Origin: Minisyncoccota bacterium
GTDB lineage: Bacteria > Patescibacteriota > Minisyncoccia > Phycocordibacterales > WO2-35-19
DNA: 64,000 nucleotides
Direction of reading: 5' to 3'
Assembly (NCBI GenBank): GCA_036517255.1
Contig: DATDXE010000017.1
Span: 39,599-103,598, forward strand
Numbering within the stretch: the stretch's first letter is position 1; every line of letters begins with the position of its first letter. The translations under genes were made by a program, and so were the position numbers. The notes under the pieces are model-generated. The model was given only the letters and a program-made list of their open reading frames with translations. It made no database searches and was not told where the DNA came from. Positions 57,195 to 64,000 of the stretch are shown piece after piece.

Positions 57195-57434
57195 CGGAGA
57201 CCACGCACCACAATCCCGTCCCGGGACTCAACCAGAGTCCCGGGCGGTTTACGTTTGATAAAACTAGTGAGGTGTGCTTTAATTTAAAAAGATGTGGCGG
57301 TCAAACTCGTTTTGCGGAGGGGCAAGTGGAAGGGTACATACCGGACATTGTTTTTCTTTGCGTCGCTATAACGCTTTCAAGTTGTGCGGCGTTTCGACAC
57401 AGTCAAAATAAACACAAGAGAAAGGAGGTCAAAA

Positions 57435-57608
57435 GTGAGGGATTGGTTCTACAACCAGAAACCCGTGGAGAAGGACAGAAACAAGATTGCAGACGCCAGA
57501 CGTTCGAAGAAACGGGGGCGCAGTCATTCCCACCGGCTTAAGAGAGGTCCCAAATGCCGTATCCCCAAGGGAGAGCGCGGGATCTATCGGCGCCGGAATT
57601 ATGGGTAA
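57435..57608 (+). CDS. Small, highly basic hypothetical protein (57 aa)
   Basis: AAAGGAGG 6 nt before GTG; stop followed by hairpin 57618-57648. Confidence 0.55.
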   Translation: MRDWFYNQKPVEKDRNKIADARRSKKRGRSHSHRLKRGPKCRIPKGERGIYRRRNYG

Positions 57609-57711
57609 AGCTTTTACCAGCGGTCGGAGTGTGATGCTCCGACCGCTGAATGTTTATTTATATTGAGAGTATCACTAGAAAGTGTTAAATTGAACCTGGA
57701 GAGAAGATCCT

Positions 57712-58263
57712 ATGATAGTGAGATTAGTAGCACTCGCAGTTCTTTCTAGTCTTTGTTTGGTGCCCGTCGTGGCTCAAGCAAGGATAGATGTCGTCGCTTT
57801 AGATCGAGCGAATGACAAAATCGCGAAAAAGGAGTTTGACAGCGCGGTCGGCCTTTTCGTATTGATTTTCACGGATTTTAATCCGAGAGATCTTGAGACC
57901 TGTAACTTGGTCTCTGCTCACGCGGCTATAAGGTGGGTTGAAAATCATGCAATGAGGCGACCAGGGGAAATGGCCGCGCTCGGAGTGACGGCCCAAGCCG
58001 CCGCAAGGGTACGCAGAGTATTTGCGGGGATCCTTGCGAGAAACATTTTCGAGAAGCTTGAGAACGGTGAGTCCGTAGAAGGAGGCAGGTGTAGTTTACC
58101 GACCTTCGTTACAGGATCGCCGACCGGTTCGGGTTTTACCGACCTGACGAGTTTTTCCAAAATGATCTCGTTTCTCGAGTCTCTCATCACGAGGGACAAA
58201 GAGGTGCGAGATGAGATTCCCGAGAAAGGAATCCGCAAACTTCGAGAGAAGTACCTAAAGTGA
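57712..58263 (+). CDS. Hypothetical secreted protein (orphan cassette)
   Basis: Signal peptide ending AQA; GGAG upstream; hairpin 58278-58311 with T-run. Confidence 0.7.
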   Translation: MIVRLVALAVLSSLCLVPVVAQARIDVVALDRANDKIAKKEFDSAVGLFVLIFTDFNPRDLETCNLVSAHAAIRWVENHAMRRPGEMAALGVTAQAAARVRRVFAGILARNIFEKLENGESVEGGRCSLPTFVTGSPTGSGFTDLTSFSKMISFLESLITRDKEVRDEIPEKGIRKLREKYLK

Positions 58264-58374
58264 ACGCGAGCGGATGGAAAGCTTCGGCGTCCTCCAAGAT
58301 GCCGAAGCTTTTGCTTTTTTAATATTTTTACATTACTCTTAGTTTTGTAATAAAATTTTTGTATTTAAATTAAA

Positions 58375-60591
58375 ATGAAACTTGTTATCGTAGAATCACC
58401 AGCGAAATCGAAAACAATTTCCAAGTATTTGGGAAGCGAGTATAAAGTGCTCGCGAGTATTGGGCATGTGCGGGATTTACCAAAGAGTAACAAAAAAGCT
58501 ATCGATATCCCTGGTGGCTTCATCCCCCATTACGAAATAAGTAAAGGCAAAGAAAAAGTGGTAGCTGAAATAAAAGCGGCTGCAAAAAAGGCAGATGAAA
58601 TATTGCTCGCGACAGACCCCGATCGTGAGGGAGAAGCTATTGCTTGGCACCTCTCAGAGATTATTACTGAAGGAAAGAAGGAAAAAAGGAAAGATATTAA
58701 AAGAGTTACTTATCATGAAATTACGAAGGAAGCTGTGGAAGAAGCCTTCAAACACCCACGAGATATAGATGAAAATTTAAAGGAAGCTCAAGAAGCCAGG
58801 CGAGTTCTGGACAGGCTCGTCGGTTATGATTTATCTGGTTTAATTTGGAAAAAGGTGCGATATGGCTTATCCGCTGGGCGCGTCCAATCCCCCGCTTTGC
58901 GCATTATAATGGAACGTGAGCGCGAAATCCGCGCTTTCAAACCGGAAGGATATTGGGTGGTAACGGCAAAACTTTCTACAGAAAAAAAAGAAGAAATTTT
59001 ATTTACTTGCACTGAAGAGCCGAAAACAGAAAAAGAAGCAGCCAGTATCGTAGAGACAGGAAAGAACAATGGATGGAGAGTGGTGAGCGTGGAAGAAAGT
59101 CAGGTGAAAAGAAGTCCACGGCCACCATTTATTACTTCTACATTACAACAAGCTGCTTCAAGTAGGCTCGGTTTCGCTCCTTCGAGAACTATGGGTATTG
59201 CCCAGAAACTTTATGAATCAGGCCTCATAACTTACATGAGAACTGACTCTATCACTTTGTCGGGCAATGCTATTTCCCAGATAAATAACATCGTGGAGAA
59301 AAAATTTGGCAAAGGATTATTTTTAGCCAGGAAATTCACAAGCAAATCCAAAAACGCACAAGAAGCCCATGAGGCAATAAGACCGACAGATTTCAGCAAG
59401 GATTCTGCGGGTATAAACGATGAACAGAAAAAGTTATACAACCTCATTTGGTCCCGAACCGTCGCCAGCCAAATGCAAGACGCAGAGATGATGAGGACGA
59501 GGGTGCTTGCGAATGTCGGGGAACCAAGGGTCACCCTTGGTATTCCTGATTTTGCAGCCAATGGCCAAAGAGTCGTCTCCCCTGGTTGGCTCTTAGCAGA
59601 TATAAAAGCTCGCGGAGAAGATGTGGAATTGCCAAAAATGAAAGCTGGGGATTCTCTCAATCTTTTAAATATAGGAAGTGAAGGTAAGCAGACAGAGCCA
59701 CCAGGTCGTTACAGTGAAGCAGGTTTAATTAAAGAATTAGAGAAAAGAGGTATCGGCCGCCCTTCTACTTACGCTTCTACTATTAAAACTATTGTGGATA
59801 GAGGTTATGTGGAGAAAGATGGTAAGGCTTTGAAGCCGACGGACACTGGCGACGTCGTCTCTACTTTCTTGGAAAATAATTTCGAAAAATACATTGGTGA
59901 CACTTTCACCGCCGATATGGAAGATGAGCTGGATGATATAGCCCTAGGTAAAAGGAAATATGAGCCGACCCTGCGCGAATTCTATGGGCCATTTCTGAAG
60001 GATGTGAAGAGTAAAGATAAAATAGATAAACTGACTACTCTGGGCGACGTAGATCCCCAAATTAAATGCCCTATTTGTGGCAAAGGCATGGTAATTAAGC
60101 TCGGTCGCGGAGGCAAATTCATGTCTTGCGAGACTTTCCCAGATTGTAAAGGTATGCGGACGATACTCGGAGAAATCATAGAGGAAGCCAAACCTATTGG
60201 GGTGGACCCAACAACAGATTTGCCTATATATGTCATGGACGGCAGGTTTGGGCCATATGTACAGTTGGGTGAGAAAGGAAAAAAGGAAAAAGGAAAGAAG
60301 GAAAAATTAAGAATGGCCAGTATTCCGAAAGAGAAGAATCCTCATGAGGTAACAGTGGAAGAAGCTTTACATTACCTCTCTCTCCCCCGCTTACTCGGTA
60401 ATCACCCCGAAACTGGCAAACCAATCTCAGCCAATATTGGGCGCTTCGGCCCATATGTCGTACATGAGAAAGATTTTAGATCTCTAAAAGAAGACGACGT
60501 TTATAAAGTCACATTTGAACGAGCTCTAGAAATATTCTCTGAACCCAAAAAATTCCGCCGTGGTAGATTTGCAAAGAAGGAAGAAAGTTAG
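58375..60591 (+). CDS. topA: DNA topoisomerase I
   Basis: VIVESPAK, ATDPDREGEAI, SAGRVQS, ITYMRTDS, AHEAIRPT. Confidence 0.98.
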   Translation: MKLVIVESPAKSKTISKYLGSEYKVLASIGHVRDLPKSNKKAIDIPGGFIPHYEISKGKEKVVAEIKAAAKKADEILLATDPDREGEAIAWHLSEIITEGKKEKRKDIKRVTYHEITKEAVEEAFKHPRDIDENLKEAQEARRVLDRLVGYDLSGLIWKKVRYGLSAGRVQSPALRIIMEREREIRAFKPEGYWVVTAKLSTEKKEEILFTCTEEPKTEKEAASIVETGKNNGWRVVSVEESQVKRSPRPPFITSTLQQAASSRLGFAPSRTMGIAQKLYESGLITYMRTDSITLSGNAISQINNIVEKKFGKGLFLARKFTSKSKNAQEAHEAIRPTDFSKDSAGINDEQKKLYNLIWSRTVASQMQDAEMMRTRVLANVGEPRVTLGIPDFAANGQRVVSPGWLLADIKARGEDVELPKMKAGDSLNLLNIGSEGKQTEPPGRYSEAGLIKELEKRGIGRPSTYASTIKTIVDRGYVEKDGKALKPTDTGDVVSTFLENNFEKYIGDTFTADMEDELDDIALGKRKYEPTLREFYGPFLKDVKSKDKIDKLTTLGDVDPQIKCPICGKGMVIKLGRGGKFMSCETFPDCKGMRTILGEIIEEAKPIGVDPTTDLPIYVMDGRFGPYVQLGEKGKKEKGKKEKLRMASIPKEKNPHEVTVEEALHYLSLPRLLGNHPETGKPISANIGRFGPYVVHEKDFRSLKEDDVYKVTFERALEIFSEPKKFRRGRFAKKEES
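59523..59541. repeat. Palindrome family A single unit, in frame in topA
   Basis: accaagggtcacccttggt, identical to 187-205; read as PRVTLG. Confidence 0.9.
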
Positions 60592-60600
60592 CTTCCTCTA

Positions 60601-61692
60601 CTATAAAGAGAAATTTTTGACGGAGTAAATATCTTGATCTTCCTTGCCCAGCGAAGCTCGACCACCAGGAGATGCGGCGTTGGGTATTAGAGTGTTATCG
60701 TCTTTCTTTATATCTTCAGGAGTCCTGTCATCCTCGGCCGTCGTAGCTATTTCAATTTTATCTACCTCCTCCTCTTTTTTGGGTTCTATATTCTGACTTT
60801 CAACTTTATGAACTTTTGACTTCTCACTCTCCTCATATCTCTCCATCATCTCATTCCTGCTACTAGCCTTTTTATTTTTTAGGAGTTCGAATATTGCATT
60901 AAGGTCGTCGTATGAAAAGAAGTCGATCATCAGCTTACCCCCCGTTTTTTTCCTTTCTATCTGCACACGGGTACCTAGACTTTCAGAAAACTTTTCTTCA
61001 AATTCGAAAACGACCGGATCCATTTCTGGAGTAATAACACGAGCTCTTTCCACAGCGATTTTGCGAGCGATAAGCTCGGCTTCGCGCACTGATATTTTTT
61101 TGTAAAGTACTTCTTTGAACAGAACTGATTGTTCCTGTGGCCTGTCCGAGAGCATGAGGAGTGGTCTAGTATGGCCTTCGGTAATCTTTCCTTCTGAAAC
61201 AGCATTTTGTATTTCTTCCGGAAGGGAAAGTAGGCGTAAGGTATTCGATACGTATTCTCTACTCTTGCCTATTTTCTGAGCGATAGTGATGTGTTTGAAA
61301 CCAAATTCGTCCACTAGTTTTTTGAAAGCTCTGGCGCGTTCGACTGCGTTCAAATCTTCTCTTTGCACATTTTCGATGATAGCAAGCTCGAGTTTCATCA
61401 GGTCGTTTTCCTCCCCTGCTCGTATGAGTACTGGCACCTCTCTTAGGCCTGCGAGCCTCGATGCTCGTAGGCGCCTCTCTCCTGCGATCAATTCATATTC
61501 TACTTTAAGACCGTCCTCTCGAAAGTTTTCTTTGCGGGTGACTACAAGTGCTTGGAGTACACCATATTGTTTTATCGAATCAGCCAGGGCCTGCAGAGCC
61601 ACTGGGTCAAATTCTTTCCTTGGCTGGTATGGGTTTGGTTTTATTTTATCCACCTCGACCCAAAATATAGAATCATTATAAAACTGTGACAT
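60601..61692 (-). CDS. parB: ParB/Spo0J partition protein with long acidic tail
   Basis: PNPYQPR, LIAGERRLRA, IENVQREDL, HTH, EGH. Confidence 0.95.
   Translation of the reverse strand: MSQFYNDSIFWVEVDKIKPNPYQPRKEFDPVALQALADSIKQYGVLQALVVTRKENFREDGLKVEYELIAGERRLRASRLAGLREVPVLIRAGEENDLMKLELAIIENVQREDLNAVERARAFKKLVDEFGFKHITIAQKIGKSREYVSNTLRLLSLPEEIQNAVSEGKITEGHTRPLLMLSDRPQEQSVLFKEVLYKKISVREAELIARKIAVERARVITPEMDPVVFEFEEKFSESLGTRVQIERKKTGGKLMIDFFSYDDLNAIFELLKNKKASSRNEMMERYEESEKSKVHKVESQNIEPKKEEEVDKIEIATTAEDDRTPEDIKKDDNTLIPNAASPGGRASLGKEDQDIYSVKNFSL
60644..60684 (-). repeat. Repeat family C inside parB
   Basis: 32/41 nt identical to 62809-62849 in miaA. Confidence 0.75.
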
Positions 61693-61791
61693 AAATAATT
61701 TGTGTAATTATAGAAAAATTATAGCAGAATAATTTGAAAAATGGTAAAGTCTAAAGTAAGTCCGCTGTTGCTCGAGCTATGGCGGGACAAA

Positions 61792-61872
61792 GCCGGAGTG
61801 GCGGAATGGTAGACGCGCACGACTCAAAATCGTGTATCGCAAGGTGTGAGAGTTCAAGTCTCTCCTCCGGCA
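61792..61872 (+). tRNA. tRNA-Leu(CAA), CCA not encoded
   Basis: gccggag/ctccggc acceptor stem, cacga-ctCAAaa-tcgtg anticodon arm, long variable arm, GTTCAAG T-loop. Confidence 0.95.
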
Positions 61873-61873
61873 C

Positions 61874-61914
61874 TTGACAAACACTACGTAACCTGCTATA
61901 CTGTGAGCAGGAGG
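61874..61914 (+). promoter_or_regulatory. Orphan promoter and SD with no downstream gene
   Basis: TTGACA-17-TGcTATACT and AGGAGG at 61909-61914. Confidence 0.65.
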
Positions 61915-61915
61915 C

Positions 61916-62242
61916 CTAGTATAAAAGATCCCAACTAACACCGGCTCCCACAGTAACTTCCATTTTTTCCTCATCAAAATAAGTATTTTGGATATTACTC
62001 AAGCTAATTTGGACTCCATTGGTAATGGTTTGTCCGTTAGTAGAATGTCCTGTATTTCTGATTTTTACAGCAATATCACGATCGTGATAGCCCTTTAGTA
62101 TTTTGGCAAGTTCTTCTATATTCGTGGGTGATTCAGTGATTTTGGGTACACCGCGATATATTCCACCAAAATCACTTTGATCAAAATCGTGAGGAGAAAA
62201 ATTCCCACTAGTTTTATACGGTTGGTCGGGCTCAGTGGTCAT
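61916..62242 (-). pseudogene. Truncated FAD-binding (FAD_binding_4/VAO-type) oxidoreductase fragment
   Basis: VKIRNTGHSTNGQ and VTVGAGVSW motifs, then a stop at 108 aa. Confidence 0.7.
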
Positions 62243-62307
62243 ATTTTCATAATGAATTTACAATTATAATCATAAGTATATACTAATCTTTTTCAAGATA
62301 AACTTCT

Positions 62308-63228
62308 ATGCAAAAAATACTAGTGATTCTCGGCCCCACGGCATCGGGCAAAAGTGAGGTGGCTGTCGAGTTGGCCAAACAATTTAATGGAGAAATTGTT
62401 TCGGCTGATTCGAGGCAGGTGTATAAGGGGCTGGATATTGGTACCGGCAAAATTACCAAGAAAGAGATGCAGGGTGTCCCCCACTACTTACTTGATGTTG
62501 TGAGCCTTAAAAAACAGTTTTCTGTTTCTGATTATAAAAAACTGGCAGATAAAGCAATAGACAAAATTTTAAAGAAAAACAAGCTTCCTATTATTTGCGG
62601 CGGCACAGGGCTTTATATAGATGCTCTACTTGGCAAAATTAATATCCCTGAGGTACCACCCAACCCCAAACTACGCAAACAACTTGAAAGCAAACCTGTA
62701 GCAGAACTATTCAATATCTTGAGAAACTTAGACCCAGAGAGAGCTGGGAATATCGATGCTAAAAATCCTAGAAGACTTATTCGAGCGATAGAAATAGCAT
62801 TAGCTGGCCCCCACTCTACATCTCCCTCTGGTCGAGTTTCGCGGGGCAACACATTGAAATACAATGTGTTGAAAATTGGGATCAAAATAGAAGAGAAGAA
62901 TTTAAAAGAAAAGATAAATAAGAGGATCGGGGGGTGGATGAAAAAGGGTTTAGTAAAAGAAGTTCAAAATTTGCATAAAGGAGGTCTTTCCTGGAAACGG
63001 ATGGAAGAAATTGGATTGGAGTATCGTCTTGTCGCTCTATATTTACAAAATAAAATCACCAAAGAAAAATTAATAGATAGGATACAGATAGAGACTTGGC
63101 AGTATGCTAAGAGGCAGATGACCTGGTTTAAAAGGACTGTCCGTCAAGGAGGCGGGGACAAAAAAATAATCTGGCTTCCACCTAATATCTCAAAGATGAA
63201 ATCTGAAGTTAAAAAATTTATAAAATAG
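62308..63228 (+). CDS. miaA: tRNA dimethylallyltransferase
   Basis: GPTASGKS, SADSRQVYKG, GGTGLY, YAKRQMTWF. Confidence 0.97.
   Translation: MQKILVILGPTASGKSEVAVELAKQFNGEIVSADSRQVYKGLDIGTGKITKKEMQGVPHYLLDVVSLKKQFSVSDYKKLADKAIDKILKKNKLPIICGGTGLYIDALLGKINIPEVPPNPKLRKQLESKPVAELFNILRNLDPERAGNIDAKNPRRLIRAIEIALAGPHSTSPSGRVSRGNTLKYNVLKIGIKIEEKNLKEKINKRIGGWMKKGLVKEVQNLHKGGLSWKRMEEIGLEYRLVALYLQNKITKEKLIDRIQIETWQYAKRQMTWFKRTVRQGGGDKKIIWLPPNISKMKSEVKKFIK
62809..62849 (+). repeat. Repeat family C inside miaA
   Basis: Read as PHSTSPSGRVSRG, versus PNAASPGGRASLG in parB. Confidence 0.75.
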
Positions 63229-63230
63229 AT

Positions 63231-63252
63231 GCTCCGGCTTTTCAGCCGGAGC
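63231..63252. terminator. Hairpin between convergent genes
   Basis: gctccggct-tttc-agccggagc. Confidence 0.65.
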
Positions 63253-63283
63253 GAGGGGTTTTGCCTTGAACTGGGAGCGGGTT

Positions 63284-63769
63284 CTAGGCGAACAGTGGTT
63301 CTTGAATTTCCGTAGGTACTGCTTTCCAGATTCTTGCAAACTGTTGGTTACTGGTCAGCAGTGCGAGTCCCTCGGCCTCTTTCAGCGTGATCTGGTCGAG
63401 CCTACAAGCGAGGCAAAATAGTATCGCCTCACAAGTTTCTCGAGGACCACCCGCAAGAGAGAAAATGAATCCTCTTGTGCGGATCGCACTGGCTACTTCT
63501 TTCTGTGGATTACCCGTTAGACAGAGGAAACTCGTGTCCTGTCCAGGGTTTGCAGCAAGCTGGGCCGCTTCTTCAGCGACTGCTCCAGATAGAGCGGCTA
63601 CCTTGTTCGAATGTATTTCTCCAGTGATGGTTGTGAATAAGGCTACTCCATTTACTGGATTTGCTACCATGAAAAAACCGCCCCGAATCCGTTCCATGGG
63701 AGAAACATTGTTCAGAATCCACGCTAGCTGGTCATGGATTTCAAAAAACTTCTTTTGAGTGTAGATCAA
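63284..63769 (-). CDS. Hypothetical protein (orphan cassette)
   Basis: GGAGG 7 nt before in-frame TTG at 63769. Confidence 0.55.
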   Translation of the reverse strand: MIYTQKKFFEIHDQLAWILNNVSPMERIRGGFFMVANPVNGVALFTTITGEIHSNKVAALSGAVAEEAAQLAANPGQDTSFLCLTGNPQKEVASAIRTRGFIFSLAGGPRETCEAILFCLACRLDQITLKEAEGLALLTSNQQFARIWKAVPTEIQEPLFA

Positions 63770-63912
63770 GTTGCGTCCTCCAAAAACTAAGGATCTGCCT
63801 CTGCCCTTTTGGGGACGAGAGAACTGATAATATTTTAACATGTTGTTTTATTGAAAAATGGATGTGACTTGATACTGTGGATATGATATAAACTATATGG
63901 AGGATTTCGCCT

Positions 63913-64000
63913 ATGAAGACGACAGAATTTCCGTCTTCACAGACGGTCATCGACAACTGCACTAGCCAGAGCCACATCGTCATGGCTTTGCGATATGTGC
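63913..64000 (+). CDS. Hypothetical protein, 5' part (runs off window)
   Basis: GGAGG before ATG; open frame MKTTEFPSSQ... to the window end. Confidence 0.45.
   Translation, partial: MKTTEFPSSQTVIDNCTSQSHIVMALRYV

Noticed and set aside
57272-57541. 89-aa alternative ORF
   Set aside because: It overlaps the SD-supported ORF at 57435, which ends right at the terminator.
183-59541. CRISPR array made of family A repeats
   Set aside because: The copies are dispersed over 60 kb, not regularly spaced, and no cas genes are present.
2922-61681. Many antisense and shifted-frame ORFs within core genes
   Set aside because: These are shadow ORFs with no motifs or initiation signals.

Overview
A gene-dense bacterial chromosome segment (standard code 11). 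Gene content and style point to a reduced Patescibacteria/CPR (Parcubacteria-like) genome: stand-alone rpoBC, rpsP-khpA-trmD without rimM, short SMC, degenerate PriA, mostly SD-less or leaderless genes. This assignment is inference. Core genes: rnr, rpoB, rpoC, dnaG, rpoD, mreB, priA, def, fmt, smc, tgt, uvrB, uvrA, gltX, rpmA, rplI, ctpA, corA, cysS, topA, parB, tRNA-Leu and miaA. Also present: a HicBA toxin-antitoxin pair, a FIST-kinase-receiver module, and a MacAB-like exporter with DsbA and a large secreted protein. The most striking signal is a layer of small selfish-looking DNA inserted in frame inside housekeeping genes. (1) A 432-bp DUF559 endonuclease cassette bounded by hairpin-bearing inverted repeats is fused into tgt. 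(2) A 19-bp palindrome family occurs at six loci, three intergenic and three in frame in uvrB, cysS and topA, often as REPIN-like doublets. (3) Further palindrome families sit in frame in fmt, tgt, uvrA, miaA, parB and an M23 peptidase. (4) A four-helix-bundle gene plus a cargo gene is bracketed by inverted octamer arrays. Other findings are a candidate ~120-nt kissing-loop ncRNA before rpsP, structured leaders for rpoB and a transglycosylase-like gene, a perfectly palindromic bidirectional promoter, and a class of GC-richer, SD-led orphan gene cassettes. All calls come from reading the sequence by eye, with no database searches.
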